Source: Terriglobia bacterium (GTDB lineage Bacteria; Acidobacteriota; Terriglobia; Acidiferrales; UBA7541). Taken from it: a stretch of DNA of 64,000 nt. Position 1 is the stretch's first letter. Every line of letters starts with the position of its first letter. Both the position numbers and the translations under genes were made by a program. Below, piece after piece: positions 56,204 to 64,000 of the stretch. The stretch spans positions 12,789-76,788 of the forward strand of contig CAWCYS010000003.1 in assembly GCA_963799715.1 (NCBI GenBank). Reading direction: 5' to 3'. The notes under the pieces are model-generated. The model was not told where the DNA came from and did not search any database. It saw nothing but the letters and a program-made list of their open reading frames with translations.

Positions 56204-57765
56204 ATGTCTGACTCTTGCCGTGATCGTTTGGATCTCGAGCAGCTGCGCCGGCAGGCGAAGGAGTTGCGGGATGCGGCGCGTGCTGGCGAGGCGGTGTCGC
56301 TGGAGCGGGTCGTCCGGCAGGTTGGAGCGCGTGGACCGAGGGCGGTCACGCTCGCGGTCGCTCAGCTTGTGATCGCCCGCGAGCTCGGGTTCGCGAGCTG
56401 GCCGAAGCTCAAGGCGGCGGTCGAATCGCGAGCCGGGATCATGCAGCGGGCTGCGGCGTTCGTGGCGGCGTCGGTCGAGGATCGGGAGCGCCGGGCGCGG
56501 ATCCTGCTGGAGGATGATCCGCGTCTGGCACGGGCGGACATTCGTGCCGCGGCTGTGGTCGGCGACGTGCGCCTGGTCGGGCAGCTGGTCGCGGCCGACC
56601 GGTCGGCGGCGAGCGCGGTCGACCGCGAGCGCGGCTGGCCGCCGCTGTTGTACGTCTGCTACTCGCGCTGGCATCGGATCGACCCCGGGCCGAGCGGCCG
56701 GGATGGTGGAGGTCGCCCGGCTGTTGCTGGACGCCGGCGTCAGCCCGGATACAAACAACGGTGCCAGACCCCACCATGGCTACCGGTCCGGCGCTGCACG
56801 GTTCGGTGACGGCGAACAACCCCGGCATCACCGCGCCTTTTGCTGGAACGGTCGGCCAACCCGAATGACGGCGAGTCGCTCTACCAGGCCGCCGGACACC
56901 GCGACCACGAGTGCTTGCGGCTACTGCTGAACCACGGCGCCACCGTTGCCGGCAGTTGGGCGGTCGATGTCGCGGTCGGGGGGAAGCGATGCCGAGGGCG
57001 TCCGTCTGCTGCTCGACGCCGCCAAGCGGCAGACCCCCGAGCGGGTGAGCGAGCTTGCGAGCGGCTTGCTTGCCCGCGCCTGCGCTGCCGGCGCCGCGCC
57101 GCGTGGTCGAGGAGTTGCTTGCCGGTGGTGCCGAGCCGCGCAGGCTTGATCAGGACGGGCTTTCGCCGCTGCGCCGAGCGGTGCGGGCTGGCCATCAGGA
57201 GGTCGTGGCTGTGCTGCTCAGCCGGGGCGTGATCGACGATGCCACCGATATCGACAGGTTCCTCGGCGCCAGTGCCCGTGGCGATCGGCTCCGCGCCGAG
57301 CTGCTTCTATCCGAACGGCCAGACTTACGCGATCGCCTCTCCGCTCGTGACCGTGCTGCAATTGTCGAGGTGGCCGGCGGCGGCGCCGCGGCAGACGCCG
57401 TGCGCCTGATGATCGAGCTCGGGTTCTCCCCAAACGCTCGCAACGACTTCGGAGAGACGCCTCTGCACGCCGCGGCGGCCGCCGGGGACGCCGAGACGGT
57501 GCGCCTGCTGCTCGAGCACGGCGCCGAACTCGACGCCCGCGACGCCAACTTCGATGGCACACCCCTCGGATACGCGACCGTCGCGAGCGGCGAACACCCC
57601 AACACGAACGGCGACTGGGTCGCCAGCGTCCAACTCCTGCTCGACGCCGGCGCGGACCGAACCGGCGTCTGGGTCGCAGGCAGGCCACCGAGCGAAGACG
57701 TCGCCGAGGTGCTGCGTAGCTACGGCATCACCAGCAACCAGACGCGCGCTGCCTCAAGCGAGTAG
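56204..57765 (+). CDS. ankyrin-repeat protein, frame-interrupted
   Basis: GAAGGGAG lies upstream of ATG 56204 (MSDSCRDRLDLEQLRRQAKELRDAARAG..VAQLVIARELGFASWPKLKAAVE). Fragments are 56024..56809, 56514..56930, 56840..57232 and 57055..57765 (..DGLSPLRRAVRAGHQEVVAVLLSRG.., NDFGETPLHAAAAAGDAETVRLLLEHGAELDARD..). There are at least four frame changes. Confidence 0.75.
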
Positions 57766-58164
57766 TGCTCAACAAGCCACGCGAAGTCGGTTCCAGTTGC
57801 TGCGCGCTGAGGGTCCTCGAACGACCCCGTATGGGCGAACGGCACACGACTCAGGAGCACACGAGCGTCGCTGCCCGCTGACCCATCCATCGAAGGAACC
57901 GAGCTCTCGGTCATCGATTACGGATCCGAGACTTCGACAACCGGCGGACACTAACCACCGAACCCGCGCGAGTTGCGGCCACGAAACCCCGCGCGTGCGC
58001 GACCGAAACGCGCGCTGGAGACTCGTGTCGAGCGTCCGAAGTCGCGCCCAAGGCCCGCGCTTCGTATGCTGCGGTGCAGGCAGTGGCCGACGGCGACATG
58101 CGGAGTTGCCTCCGCGGGGTCGTTCGAGCGGCCATCGGACCCCCGCACGAGTCGAGGAGAGGTC

Positions 58165-60739
58165 ATGCGCAGAGCGATCGGATTGGGGGCCACGACAATC
58201 GCAGCATTGGCGCTGTGGAGCGGCAACGCGCCGGCGAGCACGACGTTCCAGCCGCGCGTCGGCGGGGCGCTCGGCCTCTTTCCCTCGTACGCGCACGCCA
58301 ACATCGCGACCGGCGCGCCGACGGCCGTCGACTACAACGGCGGCGCGGTTATGGCCGCGAGAGTCACCGTCCACACGATCTTCTGGGCACCCTCCGGCTA
58401 CCCCTACACCGCCGGCTACGAGGCGCTCGTTGAGCAGTTCCTGACCGACGCCGCCGCCGCGAGCGGCACGACGAACAACGTCTTCTCGGCCCTGCGCCAG
58501 TACGGGCAGCAGACCGGCGCCACCGCCGCCGCGCCTGGGAGTTACTCGATCGCCTACGGCTCGTCGAGCGACTCGATCGACGACTTCAACCCCTATCCGG
58601 CAACCGGCGGCTGCGCGTCGCCCAGCGGCGCGCCGACCTGCCTGACCGACGAACAGGTCCAGGCCAGATCGACGCGGTCGCGCCGAAGGACGAGCGCGGC
58701 CTGAGCAACCTCTGGTTCGTGCTGCTGCCGCCCAACGTCGACGAATGCATCACCGCCGGCTCCTGCGGTACCAACACCTTCGCCGGCTACCACGAGGCCA
58801 TGGACCGAGCGGGCGGCGTGACGATCTACGGTGTGATCATCGACCCGATCGTCGAGGTCGTGGCCGGGCAGGGCGGCGACCCCGAGGGCAACCCCGACGC
58901 CGAGGCGACGATCGACACCGTCGCTCACGAGACCGTCGAGGCCATCACCGATCCCGAGGGCACCGGATGGGAGGACCCCAACGGCTTCGAGGTCGGCGAC
59001 AAGTGCGAGGTGGGTCCGCAGATCGGGAACCCGCTCGGCTACGCCGCGAACGGCTCGCCCTCGACCAACTCATCGGGGGCCACGAATACCTGATCCAGGA
59101 GATGTGGTCGAACGACGATGGCGGCTGCGTACAGCGCACGACCCAAAGCGCATCACCGCTGCCACTCCCCCAGATCGACCTGACGCAGTTCAGCAGCACG
59201 CTGAGCGGCAACATCGGCTCCACACGCCCGGCGTACGGGTCGCCGTCGCCGTGTATCGCGCCCTTCGGGGGGGAAGTGCGGGCACGACCACGTCGGCGGG
59301 TCCGGGCACCACAACTCCGGCGAGCTCGGGCGCGACCCCGCCGCGGAACCCGTTTCCCACGAAGGTGGTCCAGGCTTCCACGACCACCAACGCAAGTGGA
59401 GCGTGGTCGCTGTCGCTGTCACCCTTCGCTGTCGGCGACGACCGCGACCTCATCAAGGTCGACGTCACCGGCGCCCCGCTTCTGCCGGACTTCATCACGA
59501 CCGGCAACGGCGGCAATCCGTTCACCGAATCGGGATGGACCGGATGGATCGACCTCAACATCGGCGCCGACGTCAGCAACCGCAAGGGCGGCTTCGTGAC
59601 GCTCGGCCCGTGTTTCCAGACAGGCGTGCTCACGCTCCGCGTCGGCAGCACCAGCTACCCAGCGAATGACACCTGCAACACGCAGACCGACACCGCGACG
59701 ATCGCGACCGGGCCGATCTCCACCGGCGAGGCGGTCACCATGAGCTCGAACGAGAACCGGGCGTTCACGGAGCCGCAGGCGGTCGGGCCGTCGCTCGACC
59801 GGAAGGGCAACGAGGCTGGCGCCCTGGTCAACCTCAGCGTCGAGCTGGGCGAGCCCGGCGCGCAGTCGATATATACGAGTCCGCTTGCGGACGTCCTCCC
59901 GCTAATGAGGCCGACGGGCTTCGCCACATGCACGGCCGACCGTGCAGTTCGGGGCCGCCCTTTGCTCCGGCCTGTTGCCCGGCGCCGCCTCAGCCTCACC
60001 CGCGCGCGCGGCGCCGACAAGCTCTCCGCCACCGCCGACAACACGGGCACGATCGTGGTCGGACCGTTCCGCGGCGCGCCGTCGCTAACCGGCGGCGACG
60101 TCCTGACGCTGAGAAACCGGCACCGGGTGCTGACCAGGCTGCACGTGGCGCACCTCGTGGCCGTGATCGACGGGGAGCAGACGGTGCTCGGGCCTGGGAG
60201 CAGGTGCCAGCCCGGCCTCTACTACGGAGCGCCGCCGTCGATACTGCCAATCAGCTCGGCAGCTGGGCTGACGGGCCAGAACGGCGCAACGCTGACGGGC
60301 CGGATCTGTCCCCTGAGCGGGTCGGCCGAGGGGCTCCCGGTCCGGGCGATCGAGCAGGCCGACGACCGCAGCGGCGGCTTCGCCGAGACGGATGTCGCCC
60401 ACATCGCGAGCACCTCGCCGGTCGACGGCGAGACGCTCTACGGGCGGTTCACCGGCGCGCGCGGGCGGCCTCCTCGGGTCCAACGACGGGTCATCCCGAG
60501 CGCGTATCCCGTTTCACTCATAATCACACGGGCGAACGGCACGAAGCCGGTGGTCGAGCTTTCTTCGACGTCAACACCGCGTGGGCACCCCGGTCAACAA
60601 CCTGAAGCCGGGGATCTATGACGCGCTCTGGATCTGGCACGATTTCACCGGCGACTCGCGCGCGATCGGCACGAGCTTCGTGGAGGAGCCGGCGAGCGCG
60701 TCCAAGGGCGCTCCGGCAGCGCAGCGGCCGCCGCCGTGA
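58165..60739 (+). CDS. large secreted protein; N-terminal domain possibly EXORDIUM/PHI-1-like; frame-interrupted
   Basis: GAGGAGAGG lies upstream of ATG 58165 (MRRAIGLGATTIAALALWSGNAPAS, a signal peptide). Fragments are 57973..58704 (..VTVHTIFWAPSGYPYTAGYEALVEQFLTD..), 58719..59093 (..IDTVAHETVEAITDPEGTGWEDPNGFEVGDKCE..), 58745..59599 (..EYLIQEMWSNDDGGCVQ) and 59104..60621. Own reading of the tail gives ..VNNLKPGIYDALWIWHDFTGDSRAIGTSFVEE..* (TGA 60737-60739). The family call is from memory only. Confidence 0.45.
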
Positions 60740-60831
60740 AGCCGGGTTCGCGGGGATGGCCGCTGCCGCTTATTCATTGCGCGCCGATAGCAGTGCACTC
60801 TCCCCGCCGCGAGGGGCGGCAGCTCAGCTCG

Positions 60832-61338
60832 TCAGCTCGGCGCCGACCGGTCATCCGAGAGGATCCGCACGAGATCGAGCTCGTCGCGGATCGGGATGTC
60901 GTCGTGACCCATCAGCGGGATCGTCGGTTTGACGCGACGCGCCTCGTCCACCGCGCCGGATCGCAGTTCGTGTAGGCGAAACCCCGCGCGCTGGTAGAAA
61001 CGCAGCGCGCCGACGTTGTCGTTCGTCGTCATCACGAGCAGCGTGCGCGCGCCCGCGGCTCGTGCTCGGATCACCACCGCTTCGATCAGCGCGCGACCGA
61101 CACCGACACCCTCACGGAACGCGTTGAGCGTCACGATCTCACAGACGTCGCCGTCGATGCGATACGTCAGAACCCCGACACGCTCATCGCCGATCAACGC
61201 CGCGATGCCCTCGAGGTCGTCGACGCGATACGCACGCCCTCGCCCAACGATCGGCTCACCGCCCCATCGCTCGAGGAGCACCGCGCGCAGCCACGCATCG
61301 TCCTCGTCGCCGAGTGCGCTCACAAAGGGACCGGTCAT
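60832..61338 (-). CDS. GNAT family N-acetyltransferase
   Basis: ORF 60832..61476. Start placed at ATG 61338 (MTGPFVSALGDEDDAWL..). The acetyl-CoA motif region is IVTLNAFREGVGVGRALIEAVVIRARAAGARTLLVMTTNDNVGALRFYQRAGFRL. Confidence 0.8.
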   Translation of the reverse strand: MTGPFVSALGDEDDAWLRAVLLERWGGEPIVGRGRAYRVDDLEGIAALIGDERVGVLTYRIDGDVCEIVTLNAFREGVGVGRALIEAVVIRARAAGARTLLVMTTNDNVGALRFYQRAGFRLHELRSGAVDEARRVKPTIPLMGHDDIPIRDELDLVRILSDDRSAPS

Positions 61339-61366
61339 CTCCACCGCGACGCCTGTGCCCGAGACG

Positions 61367-62189
61367 CTATCCAGGTGCTCGGGGGAGGATGAGGCGTTCG
61401 ACGGCGTTCGCGAACCCTTCCTCGGTGTTCGACGTCGTGACCAAGCTTGCCGCTTGCTTGACGTCGCTCTCGGCATTGCCCATCGCGATGCTCAGGCCTG
61501 CTGGCGAACATCAGCATGTCATTGGGCCTGTTCCCGATCGTCGCGATCTCCTGCGGCGGGATCGCGTATCTGGCTGACAGATCGAGCAGCACCGCGCCCT
61601 GTTGGCCTAGGGTGAGTCACGTCGAGGTAGTAGGGCTGTGAGCTCGCCACCGAAAGGTGATCGCCGAAGCGGTCCTGCGCAGCGCTCGCTGCGGCGGCGA
61701 TCGCGTGCGGGTCGTCGCTCACGCCGACGGCTTCGCGACCCCGTCGGTCAGATCGTCGTAGCTCTCCACGACCGTCGGGGCGAACGCCACGGTGCGAGCC
61801 TCGCGGTCCACGTGCGGTGCGGCCCGTCGCTGCACGTACCAGTCGGCCCCGCGATACAGCCAGGCGTCGAGAGCGTGGGACTCGAGCAGCTCGACGACCG
61901 GGAGCACGCTGCGCCGCGGGATCTCATGCTGCTCGAGCACGACGAGGTGGCGGTCGACCAACAGACCACCGTTGAAGGCGGCCAGCGGCAGCTCGAGCTC
62001 CAGCGGTTCGATGAGCATCGCCATCCCCCTCGGCGGACGCCCGCTCGTGATGGCAAAGAGCACGCCCGCGGCCTTGAGCTTCCTGACGGCCGCGACCGCG
62101 CGCTCGGTCAGCGCCTTCTCCGATGTCACAAGCGTCCCATCAACGTCGGCGAGCAGGAGCCTGATCGACGCCGCCGCTACACCACTCAT
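61367..62189 (-). CDS. Cof-type HAD-IIB phosphatase, frame-interrupted
   Basis: ATG 62189 gives MSGVAAASIRLLLADVDGTLVTSEKALTERAVAAVRKLKAAGVLFAITSGRPPRGM (ORF 61719..62447). Then come ORFs 61519..61722 and 61335..61592 (..PQEIATIGNRPNDMLMFA..). Own reading of the tail gives ..SIAMGNAESDVKQAASLVTTSNTEEGFANAVERLILPRAPG* (TAG 61367-61369). Confidence 0.8.
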
Positions 62190-62364
62190 CGAACCGGCCT
62201 CCTCAACGCAGCGCACATCCAGCACCAGGATAGGACTCGCTTTCCGGCATTCCGTCGACAATCGGTAGACCGAGCGGAACAGCAGCGACAGGGCGACCCA
62301 ACCTGCGCTGACCGTACCCGCGCGGAATCGTCGACCGCGTCGTGAAGCTGGCCGCCGGTCGCAC

Positions 62365-63226
62365 CTAGACACTCGTTCGTAGGTAGTCGACTGCGGCGAG
62401 GTCATCGCTGCCGTGTCCTGCGGCGACGGCGCGCTCGAGACGGTCATGGACGACGCCGAGCAGAGGACTCGGGGCAGCCAGCTCCGCCGCGAGGTCGATG
62501 TCCTTCAACGCGAGTGCACCGCGAATCCGGCGTTGTAGGCGCCGGCGTCCATCGAACGCACCTTCTGCAACTCGTAGGGCATCGCCAGCGGACCGGCCTC
62601 GAGCGCCGTCACGAACGTCGCATGATCGATCCCGAGAGCGTCACAGAGCGCGAGCACGTCGCTCATCGCGACGGTCGCCGCGGTCATCCACGCATTGACC
62701 GCGAGCTTGAGCGCACTACCCTCGACCCCGGTCCCGACATGCAGCACCGAGGAGCCAAGCGCGTCCAGCACAGGACGGGCACGGCTCAAGCGCCGCATCA
62801 TCGCCGGCGACCAGCCACACCAGCTTCCCCTCGCGGGCGGGCGTCGTGCTGCCGGACACCGGCGCGTCGAGGTAGGCGACACCGTGCGTCCCGAGCGAGG
62901 TCGGCGAGGGCACGGGCGCTACGCGGACCGACGGTGCTCGCCTGAATCCACACGGCGCCCTCTCCGACACCGGCGATCGCATCGGCCATGACCTCGGCAA
63001 CGGCGTCGCCGTCGCGAAGCACCGTGATCACGACTGACGCACCGCTGACCGCCTCGGCCGCCGCGCCGACTGCCGTGACGCCGCGCGCCTGCGCCGCGGC
63101 CGCACGAGCCCGCTCCGCCGTGCGGTTCCACAGACGAACCTCATGACCCGTCTCGCCCAGCCGAGCCGCCATCGCTGCGCCGAGCGCACCCGCTCCGAGA
63201 ACGGCCGTGATTCGAATGTCAGACAC
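62365..63226 (-). CDS. NAD(P)-dependent oxidoreductase, 3-hydroxyisobutyrate / 6-phosphogluconate dehydrogenase-like; frame-interrupted
   Basis: ORF 62798..63226 gives MSDIRITAVLGAGALGAAMAARLGETGHEVRLWNRT (Rossmann fold). ORF 62716..63000 gives ..YLDAPVSGSTTPAREGKLVWLVAGDD. ORF 62505..62882 gives ..VLHVGTGVEGSALKLAVNAWMTAATVAMSDVLALCDALGID... The tail ends at TAG 62365-62367. There are at least three frame changes. Confidence 0.78.
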
Positions 63227-63279
63227 GAACGCTCCTTTCCCGCCGAGCCGTCAACTCCGCGTACCCGGCGCGACTCTCG

Positions 63280-63580
63280 TCAGCGCGCCCGAACGTGACC
63301 CGCGGCCATTCGCCCGAACTCAAAGACCGCCCGTTCCGGTCGTCACGACCGGATCCTGCGCAGCGAACTCGTGCAGCGCGGGCTCGTCGTCTGTCTCGAC
63401 AACCGCGAGGCCATACGAGTTCTCCTCGGTCAGGATCGGCCCGAACACGACCATGTCGCCGCGCTCGAGGTACGGGCGCCAGTGGGCAGCGTCGCGGTGC
63501 ATGATCTCCCGCTCCGAGTCGGTGAGCGTCTGCGCGAAGTTGGGCGCGGAGCAATGGGGCAGGCCGGCACGCTGGGGACT
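63280..63580 (-). CDS. YciI-like (DGPF-type) small protein; both ends uncertain
   Basis: ORF 63320..63502 gives HRDAAHWRPYLERGDMVVFGPILTEENSYGLAVVETDDEPALHEFAAQDPVVTTG. The same frame stays open upstream to 63580 (..NFAQTLTDSEREIM..) without a canonical start. A 1-nt shift at the 3' end would give ..VFEFGRMAAGHVRAR* at 63280. Confidence 0.45.
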
Positions 63581-63778
63581 CTACGTCAGCGACGGGCAAG
63601 ATGATCGGAGCACTGCTTTCTCGCCACGAGCACGACCGGCGCCTGCGACCGGGCGTGAGCGGGAACCGTCGCGCGGTCCGCAGGCGTGCGTGGCCTGCTC
63701 CGACACTGACACGCCACGGGATTCCCGCAACGCTCCTGAGCAGGCGGCATGGCCGTTCGACCCTCGGGCGAGCATAGG

Positions 63779-64000
63779 ATGAGCGGCGTGTCTGCGGGAG
63801 CCATCCGTGCGCTGGAGCGGGACCGACATCCGGTGGGGTTCGTGATGGCATTCCGGGGCATGGCGGGGATGGCCGATACGGTGGAGCGTGAGCTTCGGAT
63901 GCGTGCGCGCGCCGATCGCGACGGATGCCGCGGGTATTTCCCCACTTGGCCGAGTGTGGACGGGATCGTCAGCGCGCTGCCCGCGTGCATCGCGTTCGCT
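63779..64000 (+). CDS. partial ORF of unknown function (runs off the window)
   Basis: Own translation from ATG 63779 gives MSGVSAGAIRALERDRHPVGFVMAFRGMAGMADTVERELRMRARADRDGCRGYFPTWPSVDGIVSALPACIAFA... It is an open frame with mostly G/C-ending codons. No motif is recognised. Confidence 0.25.
   Translation, partial: MSGVSAGAIRALERDRHPVGFVMAFRGMAGMADTVERELRMRARADRDGCRGYFPTWPSVDGIVSALPACIAFA

Overview
High-GC 64-kb window that appears to join two genomic backgrounds near 51.4 kb. Positions 1 to ~51,380 look Acidobacteriota-like: three VWFA-related acidobacterial-type (TIGR03436-like) genes, a Ser/Thr kinase fused to a TolB-like beta-propeller, and mixed codon usage. This part carries housekeeping genes (uvrA, uvrC, pyrG, mnmA, a cysteine desulfurase, deoB, kdsA/B/C/D, tRNA-Gly), two ABC exporters, a Dpp-type permease pair, two GT39-like glycosyltransferases, and several secreted or lipoprotein genes of unknown function. 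Positions ~51,480 to 64,000 use almost only G/C-ending codons (Actinomycetota-like). This part starts with a 5'-truncated Dpp/Opp-type importer (BCDF), followed by HAD, ankyrin, GNAT, Cof-HAD, HIBADH-like and YciI-like genes and a large secreted protein. Many genes, including essential ones, are broken by single-base frame changes, which I read as assembly or sequencing indels rather than real pseudogenes. For those genes I stitched ORF-track fragments together, so their coordinates are approximate. I see no CRISPR array, transposase, integrase, phage gene or recognisable defence system. The observations most worth follow-up are: (1) two tandem paralogous 4-TM proteins with an internally duplicated RIWW..WR module and identical near-leaderless promoters; (2) ~114-bp direct repeats that bracket an ABC-2 operon and each carry a leftward sigma70-like promoter plus a conserved leader; (3) the composition break at ~51.4 kb; (4) a translationally coupled secreted-protein/M48-peptidase pair; (5) a repeat-rich Ig-like lipoprotein. 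All family assignments come from motifs read by eye. No database search was possible.
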